Of a stretch of DNA of 64,000 nucleotides, positions 39,920-54,100 are shown one piece after another. Position 1 is the stretch's first letter, and each line of letters starts with the position of its first letter. The notes beneath the pieces were generated by a model. The model did not search any database. It was not told where the DNA came from and worked only from the letters and a program-made list of their open reading frames with translations. Origin of the DNA: Lytechinus pictus (lineage: Eukaryota). The position numbers and the translations under genes are program-made. The DNA is taken from the NCBI RefSeq assembly GCF_037042905.1, contig NC_087245.1:19470001-19534000 (forward strand). The letters are read 5' to 3'.

Positions 39920-40067
39920 CTTTGATAGTAAGAACTGCAGTACTGGTGACTTCTCCTGCAGGGTTGGATGCCTTGCAGGTGTACTTTCCTGCATCTTCAG
40001 GTAAGACCTCGGGCACCTCCAGGGTACAGGTCTTGCCATCGAATGCAACCTTGAACTCGGGAGACTC
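39920..40067 (-). CDS. Titin-like exon: C-terminal half of an Ig domain
   Basis: TTGCAG|GAG (ESPEFKVAFDGKTCTLEVPEVLPEDAGKYTCKASNPAGEVTSTAVLTIK), donor G|GTCAGC. Completes the Ig begun in the previous exon. Confidence 0.92.
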
Positions 40068-40665
40068 CTGCAAAAAAATGTTCAAGTTAATAAACATCTC
40101 AAGTGAATGGCATGGGTTATGAATCCTTTCTAATTTCATCTAGAGATGCTAAAGAAGTTTGTGATATCTGTGATATAACTGAAACTTCAAAGATTGTATT
40201 TGGAAGTCTGATTAGAAGTGTTCTTCATAATAAATAAGATCAAATATATTCATCATGCTAGGTATCCTACTATTTCTCCATAGATATAAAATAATTGGGG
40301 ATCAGGAAAGCCTGGATGCAGGGTTGCTGCAATACGATGAACATGAATAAGTTAAGGTCCCCTACACTTTGTATTCCGTGTACTTTATAACAAAATACAT
40401 GTATCTAAACCTATACTGACATTGTACAAATATATTTCCCATGATCTTAACCAAATTTGGCTAAAATTAATACAATTAGGACAAACTTTTTTTTTCAAAC
40501 TATTACTCTGGCTTACATGACCAAAAAATTATTTACACAATAAATCCAATAAAGCTTATCCTTATGAATAGGTTTATATACCACCTGGCATGGCTTGAGT
40601 GACTAATTTTATTCATTACTATAGCTCAAATTATGATGAGACATTGATAGCAATGTTAATCTTAA

Positions 40666-40749
40666 CCGCTGGAGACTGACCTCGCATATATGTAGGCTGG
40701 AGTGTTTGGACAAAATGTGTTATAGCAAAATCATCCTGTCTCCAACGGG
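40666..40749. mobile_element. 84-bp piggyBac-like MITE with TTAA target-site duplication
   Basis: TTAA|CCGCTGGAGAC ... GTCTCCAACGGG|TTAA: imperfect TIRs starting CC(C), with TTAA on both sides. Confidence 0.7.
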
Positions 40750-40979
40750 TTAAATTTTGCATGAATTATCTGATGTTGGTGTTGTGACAATTTGAGTGGA
40801 GCAGAGGGTAGGGCTGGGACTAAGGTCACTAGTTCATTAAACTATCAGTCATTTGATTGGTATAGTTTTTGTAAGCCCACATTCTATATTGGTGATAGGT
40901 TAGGCAGCCTCATGCAAGTCCCAACTCTACCACTAACACAGAGCTTGAAATCACTGACATCGACACCTTAACTTCATAC

Positions 40980-41194
40980 CTGGATAGGCTTTGTTTCCTG
41001 GTACCATGTAATAGTGATTGGCTGTGACCCGGTGACCTGAGCCAAGAATTTCACATCATCACCTTCGACCACTTCAATGTCAACAATCGGTTGGACAAAC
41101 TCAGGAGGAGATATGATAATCTCAATGTCCTTTGGAGCTTCTTGTTCGACTTGGAGAATGATTTCAGCTTTCTCTCCTGGTTTGGGTACTTCAT
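40980..41194 (-). CDS. Titin-like exon: N-terminal half of an Ig domain
   Basis: TTTAG|AT (DEVPKP...PPEFVQPIVDIEVVEGDDVKFLAQVTGSQPITITWYQETKPIQ), donor CAG|GTATGA. Phase 1-0. Confidence 0.9.
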
Positions 41195-42462
41195 CTAAAT
41201 ATTTATTATGAGTTATGATGAGGATGAAAATGAGTAGCAAAATGAAATTAAAATGTGTTTCTCCAAATGTAAGAACAAAAAAATACTGAAAGAAACTTCT
41301 TTAAATTTAAACATGTAAATCTATCAATAATGTAAATTATTTAATCATCAGACTAAACACTCATTATTGGGTAATAATTTATCTGTAAAGCACTTGAAAG
41401 ATGTTCTTTGTTCAAATTATTATGCACAATCTAAAATAGGGTCATTCTAATTATTCGGTTGATAAAAACGCTTAGAATTTATTTAACTACTCAAAACTCA
41501 GCTATGTTTACTATATTAAAATGTTTAAATTTTCCAGGTAATATTGGATAAATTAAATAAAAAAGTTAATGGCCTTCTTTACTCATCTGAATGTTACAAA
41601 TAATATAACAAATACTCAAAATATGAAGACACAAAGAGCTTTCACTATACAAAGAAAATACACATGCAGAATAGGTGACAAACTTAACATCAACAAAAAT
41701 ACAATACATGCATATATGAACATTCACCGTGCAGCATTTTCACCTTCTTTAAGTCGCACATTTATCTTCAGCATCACTACTTCCTTTACTATATTGTTTG
41801 TATTTTCATATTTACAGGTACATCTATCACTGTCATGCATTAACAAAGAGATTCGACAATGCTCTACACATACACATAGCATTCACATATATATCTCATT
41901 CAATTCAAGGCATCAAGCACCACTCTAAGACATTAAACAATCATTGCATCATAGTTTAAGAAAAGAAGCAAAACAGAAGGAAATGTGCACTATGGTTGAT
42001 TTTATTAGGCTCTCAAATGCTGGAAAGGAAAGACATTATTGTGCATAGGCAGTCATGATAAAAAAAGAATAATAATCATGCTAAACTTTTGAATGTCACA
42101 GAAATATCACAGCAAAACTATAAAGTTGAAATGTAACATAAAGGAACTTAATGAATTTGAATGACTTCTTCGTTCTCATAAATATATAAAGGAAAACTAT
42201 GCTATGCTTATGGGAAAGGGGTAAAGTAGATCATCCAGATAATTCTTTTACAAAAAATTATTGTAAGTTTTATTACAATTAAATCTGATTCATTGTTTCT
42301 ATATCAGACTGTATGATCTCTACAAGAATATTAAAATTGTAATGATCAAAGAATTTGTAAATACATCAATATATCTGTGAAAACAAACTTCAACAACATG
42401 CATTCAAACTAAAGAACATTGGATCAGTTTCATGCCACTGGTAACACAAATGGAACACTTAC

Positions 42463-42942
42463 CGTAGACACGGATTTCTGCAACAGTAGTAGCACTACCG
42501 AATGGGTTTGTAGCTTCACACACAAAGGTACCATGATCATCTTTGGTAACTTCGGTGATGCACAGCTGACTCACCCCATCATTGTAGTTTATAACTACAT
42601 ACCTCTCTCCTTTGAGGCCCTTCCCGTTGTGAAACCACTTGAAGGTGGGCAGCGGTGTGCCTGTGAACCTGCACTCCAAGTACACAATCCCTCCGGGAGT
42701 TGCATCCTGAGACACAAGTTCCTGGACCACTACCGGACCTTGCTTGGTCTCAGTCGTCACCTCCCTGATGATCTCTTCCGTTATCTTGGTGGCAGTGTCT
42801 TTGATCTGCAACTCGATATCCTCTGGTATCTTGGTGACTTCAGTCGTTGTGATTGTAGTAGTCTTTTTGGTGGTGACCTCCTCAATAGATTCTGGAGACT
42901 TCTCCAGGGTGATTTCGACTGGTGCAAACTCCTGAGGGACTT
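42463..42942 (-). CDS. Titin-like exon: spacer plus Ig domain
   Basis: AAATAG|AA (EVPQEFAP...) to ...AEIRVY G|GTAAGT. Ig motif LECRFTGTPLPTFKWFHNG...FVCEATNPFG. 480 nt, phase 1-1. Confidence 0.92.
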
Positions 42943-45186
42943 CTATTTATGTTTGGAAGGAATGAACAAAGAAAACAATGTTAATTGGGTGCTTAATTCC
43001 ATAAAAATCAAATATTCACCTTATTATTGTAAGCATCAACATTATGATGCTTAGCAAAGACACAACAAAACTTTGACAGAATTCATTAAGATCAATAAAT
43101 GATACAGCACAAAGCCTACCATCATTTTGAGTGAGGGCATGTGAATGTAAATGTGTTTACTTCTTTTTTTTTGTTTCTGGAGCTACTTCACTAACATTTA
43201 AGTATTTTATTCCTTACAAACTTTCCACATTATCAGACTTTTAAACAGACACAAAATTTGAAAACAAAACAAGGTGTAATATTATACTGCATTAATATTC
43301 AGACGAATATCTGACAGAGAACTAACTTTAATTAGTTGGTGTGGTTTTTTTATGCTTGAGAATATATCAAATTGAAATATCTTTACCTTCTTGATGCCAG
43401 GAGATGTTTACATTGTTACAAGCAGAAGAAATTATAAGATCAGTATGAAAAATACTAGAGAAAATAAGCTCCGCTTAAGACAAGCAATGTGCAAACAATA
43501 AGAGCCACAATGTGTACAACAATGAAAATAAACATTTCATACAAAATCATAATACATCATGCTTACAGCCATCCTATGGAACCCAAACCAAATCTCAATG
43601 AATAGTCAACCTATTTTGATCCCCTGTATGAATTTTATCTTTTCTTCAATTGACCTGACTAGAAAGGTATTAATGATAAGCATATTCCTAGATCTACCTT
43701 ACAAGCAAAGCCATATGAATAGAATTTTTCCCCAAGTTTATCATGTATAAAAGAAAAAGCCTGTAGACAACTGAGAAGTGAATTTTCTCTAATACCGAAA
43801 TTCAAAGGCAAAACAAGAATTCTGAGATATCAAAATGAGAAATAACTGTAAGTTAAAGTGACTCGCGATATGTAATGCAATGTCCACAAGATTCCAAAAG
43901 GCATTTCCATGTCGATCCATAATGTAATGATTGCAAGACTTATCCTATTTCACACTCAAAGCCAATTTAATTAATAACTGAAGAATAACCATGAGAAGAA
44001 ATCATCTATACAACCAGGAGAAAACTAAAGGATTTATACCCTAAAACTTTCTTCACTTTACTTTTTATCTCTCTCACTCTATCCATCTAAAATTTCATAT
44101 TGTTTATTACCATCACCCTGAGTTTTCCTCTCAGATCACATTTAGATAACTTGATGTCATCTTTTTGTGAATTTTTTATCACTTAGTCTCTCGAAATCCT
44201 GACAAAGATATTTGACTAAACACACAATGCGTCTCCTTCATCAACTCCCTCCTTCATAGAGGGTTTTTCAAACAGAATATGTTGATTTAATTTCCTTGTT
44301 TCAAGACTATTCCCACAAAAACGGAAGCCTGATGTATAACGTTTGCTGGAACATGCGGCAAAAATAATAGTGGGCATAAATATAATACAAACGAGCACAG
44401 GCCAACAAGATGTCTTGACCACAAAGATTCACCGACTTCACAATACAATTCATGGACAAAATAATAATATAACATACAAGACTATTCAAATATGTTTGAT
44501 GAGCACCAGCTCTGATTCAAACACATGAACAAGGCATAGAACATCTATAGGCAAGTCATAGATGAGGATCCATATAAAGTGCTGAAGCTTTAATTTTAAA
44601 TCATTCTGATGCTTTTCTGGATTCATGAATTTTTAAGAAAGAAAATGATCACCCTATTTTAAAAAGATCCATCTCCCCATATTTCTTTCACAAAACAGCC
44701 CTGTAAAACCTCTGGTTCATGCTGTGCTCTCTAGCATTGGGCAAAATCATGCATTTTATCATTCATATTGACGATTATAGGTCATATCAAGCTTCGTTTT
44801 ACTTGGACATGTACATGCCAATGAAGAGCTTTGGCTCTTTTTTTCTGCTCCAGCATCTCATCTGACCTAGTTGGTCAATCGCCTTCATTCAGAGCAGATT
44901 TCACAAAATAATGAAAAAGGGTAATAACATTTTCTTTACACTTCTATTCTTTTTAACAATAAAGAATCAAGGAATATCCCTTCTGTAGTAGTACACCTGT
45001 TATTTGCTGATTCCACTTCCATGAGTCAAAAGTGACCAGTAGAGCATAATGCCTATAACAGGCTCAGAAGCTTTCACTGAATTTAACGTTGAACGTTGAA
45101 CAATTTTTCCTTCACACAGCTGCACAGATCGTGTGTGAACAAGCTTGCCATGCAGCATGCTTACTACCAAACATGCCTCTACTCAC

Positions 45187-48100
45187 CCCCTTTCTCAATC
45201 TCAAGTGTAATCTCAGGGTATTCTGTAATGTCAGCAACATCAAGAGCCACCTCTTCACGGTGCTTTTCCTGTGGGGTAACTTTCTGTATGTCAACACTTT
45301 CCTTCTCCACAGAAGTCACATCTAAAGAAATTTCTTCCCTCTGCATTGGTAGAATTTCAAGTGATATGTCAGGGACACTCTCATCTGTTGTGTGAATGGC
45401 CATTTCTGTTTTCTCAATTGGCTTCTGTTTCTGTTCAATGTCAATAGAAACAGTCTGTGTTTCTTGAGGTATTTCCTTGGATGTGACAATAATGCCCACT
45501 TCCTTCTTTTCTTCTAGTTCAATTTCCATCATCTCAGGACCTTTTCCTCCAATTGTAATTTCAGTTGTTTCCCGTATCTCCTTGGGTTCTGGTGCGATAA
45601 TGATATCAATTTGATCTCTCTGTGCTGGACCAACATCTACCACATCTAAAGGCACTTCTCTCACGTCCTGAGGCTGCATATCAAGTACAGCAACCTCCTG
45701 AGCAGCAAATTCCTCACCTTCTTCAGACTTGATTGGAGTAACATCTGTTGGTTTTTCATATATCTTTTCCTCTTTGAACTCAATTGAGACAACTTCACTA
45801 GTCTGGTCAAACAATTGTTTTTCTTCTACTTCTGGAAGTTCAACAGTAGATGTAGGTAACGCTTCAACCGTACTGAGTTTTAATTCACTTGGAATGAGTT
45901 GTTCAGAAACTTGATCAGATGATTTCTCATTTGTTTCAGGAACCTGAGCTCCTGCAGAGGGAAGCACTTTAGCTTCTTCTTTTGATTCATCAATCACTTC
46001 AATCTCAGTCAGATGTTCTAGAGGAATTTGCTCTTCACGTTGTGTTACTTGGACAGTAGTAGTGATTTCTTCAGGTTGAGTACTTTCAATTTCTAGAATA
46101 GTAATTGGTTCTGGGACTTCTTCAACTGATTTTTCAACAGAAATGCTAACATCAGGTTGTTCAAAGTCTTCTTGTACTTCAGTAACCTGCTCTTTTGTAA
46201 CCTCAACAGTTGTTGTTTCAATTTTCTTCTCTATTACATCAACGCCCTTAGTAACGTCTATCTTAAAAGTGGTAGTAACAGATCCATACTCATTGGTACC
46301 AACACATTCAAATTCCTTGTCTGTTTCTTCAAGAGGACTAATAACAAGAACAGTATTACCATCTCTTTCAAAGAGGGTTGTAAACCTAGGACCTTGAATT
46401 TGTCCACCATTGTGAAACCATCGAATAACAGGCCGAGGAGTGCCTCCTATTTGGCATCTCAATAAAACTGTTTCGCCAAGATTTTCTCCTGTACTAGTTA
46501 GAGGCTGTACAATGTGAGGAACTTCGAAAACCTCTTCCTCTACTGGCATAACAACTTCAATGGTCTCCCTTTTCTCAGCAACATCTGCTGTTTCTGTTTT
46601 CTTTATCTCAAGAGTAATTTCTCCATAGTCAGGTTGCTTACCTTCAAAGTCTAGAGACACCTCCGATACTTCAGTCCTAACTGGTTGTTCCTCTTGTTCT
46701 AACTCAACAGATGTAATTTCTGTTGATGTGATGTCCAATTTGAGTTCAGTCTTCTCATCTTTGTCTTGTGGCTGGACTTGGAGAGAAATTTCAGCTTTTT
46801 CTGGCTGACTTAATTCCATTGATATTTTTTCTGTTTCAGATTTGACCTTGATGGACATAACATCTACCTCAAGTTGTTCAACAGTTATTGGTTGAACCTC
46901 CTTAACTTCCTCAGTCTTTATTTCAACTGTTGTTACTTCAGATGGTGTTTCTTCGGGTCCTCTCTCCTCTTTGCTAGGTATTTCAACTAATGCAGTTGGA
47001 AGCTCTTGCATTTCTTCAGGCTTTATCTCAATAGAGACAACTTCACCAGGAGCTGTATATTGCTGTGTCTCTGAAAATTCAGGGAGTTCCACAGTCATGG
47101 CAGGAACTTCTTCAACTTCCTGAGGTTTTATTTCAATTGCTGTAACATCAGATGGTGTTTCTTGAGGTACTGCCTCTTCTTTGTGAGGTATTTCAACTAC
47201 TGCGGTAGGAAGTTCTTGAATTTCTTCAGGCTTTATATCAATTGAAATAACTTCACTAGGTGCTGTATATTTATATGTCTCTTCAATTTGAGGAAGTTCA
47301 ATTGTCATGGCTGGCATCTCTCCAACTTCCTCAGGCTTTATTTTAACTGCTGTTACTTCAGAGGGTGTTTCTTGAGGTACTGCCTCTTCTTTGTGAGGTA
47401 TTTCAACTACTGCAGTTGGAAGCTCTTGAATTTCTTCAGGCTTTATCTCAATTGAAACAACTTCACTAGGTGCAGTATATTTGTGGGTCTCTTCAATTTC
47501 AGGAAGTTCAATTGTCATGGCTTGCATCTCTCCAACTTCCTCGGGTTTTATTTCAATTGCTGTAACTTCAGATGGTGTTTCTTGAGGTACTGCCTCTTCT
47601 TTGTGAGGTATTTCAACAGCAACAGTTGGAAGCTCTTGAATTTCTTCAGGCTTTATATCCATTGAAATAACTTCACTAGGTGCTGTATATTTGTGGGTCT
47701 CTTCAATTTCAGGAAGTTCAATTGTCATGGCTGGTATCTCTTCAACTTCCTCAGGCTTTATTTCAATTGCTGTAACTTCAGATGGTGTTTCTTGAGGTAC
47801 TGCCTCTTTTTTGTGAGGTATTTCAACTACTGCGGTAGGAAGTTCTTGAATTTCTTCAGGCTTTATATCAATTGAAATAACTTCACTAGGTGCTGTATAT
47901 TTATATGTCTCTTCAATTTCAGGAAGTTCAATTGTCATGGCTGAGACCTCTTCAACTTCTTCAGGTTTTATTTCAATTGCTGTTACTTCAGACGGTGTTT
48001 CTTGAGGTACTGCCTCTTCTTTGTGAGGTATTTCAACATCAACAGTTGGAAGCTCTTGAATTTCTTCAGGCTTTATATCAATTGAAATAACTTCACTAGG

Positions 48101-51100
48101 TGCTGTATATTTGTGGGTCTCTTCAATTTCAGGAAGTTCAATTGTCATGGCTGGTATCTCTTCAACTTCCTCAGGCTTTATTTCAATTGCTGTAACTTCA
48201 GATGGTGTTTCTTGAGGTACTGCCTCTTCTTTGTGAGGTATTTCAACTACTGCGGTAGGAAGTTCTTGAATTTCTTCAGGCTTTATATCAATTGAAATAA
48301 CTTCACTAGGTGCTGTATATTTATATGTCTCTTCAATTTCAGGAAGTTCAATTGTCATGGCTGAGACCTCTTCAACTTCTTCAGGTTTTATTTCAATTGC
48401 TGTTACTTCAGACGGTGTTTCTTGAGGTACTGTCTCTTCTTTGTGAGGTATTTCAACAACAGCAGTTGGAAGCTCTTGAATTTCCTCAGGCTTTATCTCA
48501 ATTGAAATAACTTCACTAGGTGCTGTATATTTGTGAGTCTCTTCAATTTCAGGAAGTTCAATTGTCATGGCTGGCATCTCTCCAACTTCCTCAGGTTTTA
48601 TTTCAATTGCTGTAACTTGAGATGTTGTTTCTTGAGGTACTGCCTCTTCTTTGTGAGGTATTTCAACTACTGCAGTAGGAAGTTCTTGAATTTCTTCAGG
48701 CTTAATCTCAATAGAGACAACTTCACCAGGAGCTGTATATTGCTGTGTCTCTGAAACTTCAGGGAGTTCAACAGTCATGGCAGGAAATTCTTCAACTTCC
48801 TGAGGTTTTATTTCAATTGCTGTAATTTCAGATGGTACTTCTTGGGGTGCTTTCTCCTCTTTGCTAGGTATTTCAACTACTGCAGTTGGAAGCTCTTGAA
48901 TTTCTTCAGGCTTTATTTGAATTGAAACTACTTCATCAGAAGTTGCATAGATAATCGCCTCTTCTAGACCAGGAACTTCAACTGTTGCTGATGAAAGCTC
49001 TATTACTTCTTCATGTATCACATCGCTTGGCGCTTTATCAGAGGTTGTTTGTTCTGTGAAAACTATTTCTGTTTTCGTGGCCTCCATTGTTATTGTAGTC
49101 AATTCATCCACTTTCTCAGTTTCTTGCATCACTGGCTTGATATCTTTTTGTGAAACTTCTGAAACAGTTTCTTCAATTTCTGGAACTTCAGCTCCCGCTG
49201 AGGGAAGCTCTAAGGCCTTGTCGGGTTGTTCATCAATAACAAAGTCAATCTCTATTGGATATTCCAGAGGAATTTGCTCTTCACGTTGTGTTACTTGGAC
49301 AGTAGTAGTTATTTCTTCAGGTTGGGTACTTTCAAATTCTACAATTGTGATTGATTCTGGAATTTCTTCAACTGATTTTTCAACAGAAACACTGACCTCA
49401 GGTTGTTCGAAGTCTTCTTGAACTTCAATAACCTGCTCTTTTGTAACCTCAACCGTGGTTGTTTCAATTTTCTTCTCTATTACATCAACACCCTTAGTAA
49501 CATCTATCTTAAAAGTGGTAGTAACAGATCCATACTCATTGGTACCAACACATTCAAATTCCTTGTCTGTTTCTTCAAGAGGACTAATAACAAGAACAGT
49601 ATTACCATCTCTTTCAAAGAGGGTTGTAAACCTAGGACCTTGAATTTGTCCACCATTGTGAAACCATCGAATAACAGGCCGAGGAGTGCCTCCTATTTGG
49701 CATCTCAATAAAACTGTTTCGCCAAGAGTTTCTCCTGTACTAGTTAGAGGCTGTACAATGTGAGGAGCTTCGAAAACCTCTTCCTCTACTGGCATAACAA
49801 CTTCAATTGTCTCCCTTTTCTTAGCAACATCTGCTGTTTCTGTTTTCTTTATCTCAAGAGTAATTTCTCCATAGTCAGGTTGCTTACCTTCAAAGTCTAG
49901 AGACACCTCCGATACTTCAGTCCCAACAGGTTGTTCCACTTGTTCTAACTCAACAGATGTAATTTCTGTTGATGTGATGTCCAATTTGAGTTCAGTCTTC
50001 TCATCTTTGTCTTGTGGCTGGACTTGGAGACAAATTTCGGCCTTTTCTGGCTGACCTAATTCTAGTGATATTGTTTCTGTTTCAGATTTGACCTTGGTGG
50101 ACATAACATCTACCTCAAGGCGTTCAACAGTCGTTGGTTGAACCTCCTTAACTTCCTTGGTCTTTATTTCAACTGTTGTTACTTCAGATGGTGTTTCTTC
50201 GGGTACTCTCTCCTCTTTGGTAGGTATTTCAACTAATGCAGTTGGAAGCTCTTGAATTTCTTCAGGCTTTACTTCAATTGTAACAACTTCGCTAGGTGCT
50301 GTATATTTGAGGGTCTCTTCAATTTCAGGAAGTTCAATTGTCATGGCTGGCATCTCTCCAACTTCCTGAGGCTTTATTTCAATTGCTGTAACATCAGATG
50401 GTGTTTCTTGAGGTACTGCCTCTTCTTTGTGAGGTATTTCAACTACTGCGGTAGGAAGTTCTTGAATTTCTTCAGGCTTTATATCAATTGAAATAACTTC
50501 ACTAGGTGCTATATATTTGTGGGTCTCTTCAATTTCAGGAAGTTCAATTGTCATGGCTTGCATCTCTTCAACTTCCTCAGGCTTTATTTCAATTGCTGTA
50601 ACTTCAGATGGTGTTTCTTGAGGTACTGCCTCTTCTTTGTGAGGTATTTCAACAACAGCAGTTGGAAGCTCTTGAATTTCTTCAGGCTTGATTTCAATTG
50701 AAATAACTTCACTAGGTGCTGTATATTTGTGGGTCTCTCCAATTTCAGGAAGTTCAATTGTCATGGCCTGCATCTCTCCAACTTCCTCAGGCTTTATTTC
50801 AATTGCTGTAACTTCAGATGGTGTTTCTTGAGGTACTGCCTCTTCTTTGTGAGGTATTTCAACAACAGCAGTTGGAAGCTCTTGAATTTCTTCAGGCTTG
50901 ATTTCAATTGAAATAACTTCACTAGGTGCTGTATATTTGTGGGTCTCTTCAATTTCAGGAAGTTCAATTGTCATGGCTGAGACCTCTTCAACTTCTTCAG
51001 GCTTTATTTCAATTGATGTAACTTCAGACGGTGTTTCTTGAGGTACTGCCTCTTCTTTGTAAGGTATTTCAACAACAACAGTTGGAAGCTCTTGAATTTC

Positions 51101-54100
51101 TTCAGGCTTGATTTCAATTGAAATAACTTCACTAGGTGCTGTATATTTGTGGGTCTCTTCAATTTCAGGAAGTTCAATTGTCATGGCTGGTATCTCTTCA
51201 ACTTCCTCAGGCTTTATTTCAATTGCTGTAACTTCAGATGGTGTTTCTTGAGGTACTGCCTCTTCTTTGTGAGGTATTTCAACTACTGCAGTAGGAAGTT
51301 CTTGAATTTCTTCAGGCTTTATTTCAATTGAAATAACTTCACTAGGTGCTGTATATTTATAAGTCTCTTCAATTTCAGGAAGTTCAATTGTCATGGCTGA
51401 GACCTCTTCAACTTCTTCAGGTTTTATTTCAATTGCTGTTACTTCAGATGGTGTTTCTTGAGGTACTGCCTCTTCTTTGTGAGGTATTTCAACTACTGCA
51501 GTGGGAAGTTCTTGGATCTCTTCAGGCTTTATTTCAATAGAAACAACTTCTTCTGGAGTAGCGTACATTCTAGTTTCTTCAACAACTGGAAGTTCAACCA
51601 TTTGTGACGTAATCTCTTCTACTTCACTGGGTTTTAAATCACTTGGTGCAACCTCAGACGTTGTTTCCTCAGTCAGTATGATCTCCCTCTGTGTTGTCTC
51701 CATTATCACTTCCGTCAAGACCTCCACTTTATCAGTTTCTTGGACTATGGGAAGCAGATCTTCTTGCAAAGTTTCTGGTACTCTTTCTTCAACACCAGGT
51801 ACTTCTGCTCCTGCTGCATGAATTTTCTCGGCCCTCTCAGGTTGGTCTGCAGTACCTATTTCAACCTCTGATGGGTATTCTAGAGGGATTTGCTCTTCAT
51901 GTTGTGTTATTTCAATTGTAGAATATATTTCCTCAGGCATGGTGCTCTCTATTTCTATTGCACTTATCGTTTCAGTTACTTCATCCCCCTCAACATGTTT
52001 AATGGTAGATATACTAATCTCAATAGGTTCAGAAACAGTAGTTTCTTCCACTTCAGTTACCTGATCTTTGGTCACTTCAACTCTTGTGGTTTCAATTGTT
52101 TTCTCTTCTGAATCAAGACCTTTTGTCAAATCAATCTTGAAGGTAGTAGAAACTCTCCCATATTCATTGGTACCTACACACTCAAATTCCCTGTCAGTCT
52201 CCTCAAGAGGGTTGATGACGAGGACGGTCTTACCATCCTTCTCAAAAAGTGTAGTAAATCTTGGGCCTTGTACTGGTCCACCATTGTGGAACCATCTTAT
52301 AATTGGCTGGGGGGTTCCAATAATCTGACACTTCAATATAACTGTATCTCCTATATTCTGGCCAATGTTTGTCAATGGTTCAATGATTGATGGTGCTTCA
52401 AAGACCAATTCTTGTTCAGAGGGCTTTTCTACAGGAATATTAATATCCCCTACACCAGAAATTTCTTTCTCTTCTTCAATTTTTTGAACTTCGATGGTAA
52501 TATCAGGATATTCAGGTTCCTGCTTCTCAACAGTCAAAGATACTTCAGTAATTTCAGTGACCTCTTTATCGGGTGCTCTCTCTATTTCTATCGCAACACT
52601 TTCCTTTTCCATCTCTTGTGAAGTGACCTCTATTTCGATATCTTTACCTGGAATTTCCTGCTGAGTAAGGAGAACTTCAAGAGCAACACCTTCCTTGGTC
52701 TCTTGTGTTCTGGCTCCCAAGATAGCATCAGTTATTTCATGTGGTTCCTCTGATTTGATCTCGAGTGAGACAAGTTCACTTGGAGCTGAGAATGTAGTTT
52801 TTTCCTCAACCCGAGATATTTCACCTGCTGCAGCTGGAAAATCTTCAACACTTTCTGGTTTAACTTCAAAAGCTGTGACATCAGCTGGACTTTCATATAA
52901 TGGTGTCTCTTCCTTCTGAGTAATATCAAGGAGCACAGTCGGCAATTGTTTGGCTTCATCTGTTTTAATATCGTCCACTGGTACTTCTACGGAGACTGAG
53001 TAAGGTATCTCCTCTTGCACCTGTGGAACTTTCACTACTTCTTCTGGTAATTGTTCGCTGGCTTTACTTGGTATTTCTGTGAGAGTCAGTTCAGATGGAG
53101 CTTCATAAGGTAATTGTTCTTCTTGTTGAGCAAGTTCCACAACAGTAGTTTCAACGTCTTCTACATCTTCTGGTTTCATCTCGATCACTGCCAATTCACT
53201 CGGCATATCATATATGGTCTTTTCTTCTCTATGAGATATCTCAACAACAGTTGTGCTTACATCCTCCACCTGCTGCGGTTTGATCTCTACAGATATTTCA
53301 CCAGTAGCTCCATACATTGTCTGTTGCTCTACTTCAGAAATTTCTGGCACAACAGTTGAAATTTGCTCCACTGACTGAACTGGTACCTCAATTGAGACTA
53401 CTTCACCTGGAATAGATTGGGAAGTTTGTTCATCCCTCTGAGGGAGCTGAATGTCATCTACTCTGATTATTGCTTGTGTAGAACTAACAGGTGTATCAAC
53501 TTGATCTGTGGTGACTGAAACCTCTACTATCTCGGTCTTCATTTCTGCAGTGACCTCAGAGGTGGTGGTGTCAATGTCTTCTTGAACAGTTTCAATAATT
53601 TCTCTACCAATACATAGCTCTGCTTTGCTTGACACAGTCCCAATAGGACTTGTGCCAATGCATTCAAAAGTGGTATTGTCTTCTTCTTCCGCAGGACTTA
53701 TTACCAGCACTGTGCTGCCATCTTTCTCAATAAGAGTGATGTATCTTTCACCCTGGAGAGGCTGATTATTTTGGTGCCAAACAATATCTGGCATTGGTGT
53801 TCCAGTAATTTGACAAGTAAGACGGACAGTATCTCCAATCTCTGCAGTCTGACTTTCCACATTATGAAGAATGTATGGCTGCTCCTCTTTCACAACTTCT
53901 ACAGCTTCGGGTAAATCTTCTGCAGCAGCATGGACAGCTAATTCAGTGCTGATATCTATTTCTTTTGTCTCCTCTGGTTGGAGCCCTGATATTTCCAGAG
54001 AAATGTCAGGCATCTCAGCACCTTCTATATCAATGCTTGCAAGGGTGGTTTCACGTGGTTCTCCAAAATTTAAAACAGTTTCAACTTCAGTGATAAGACT

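Noticed and set aside
43385..43440. Possible 3-nt micro-exon (CATCAAG|AAG|GTAAAG)
   Set aside because: The donor-like site is good but the acceptor context is weak; it cannot be supported without reads.
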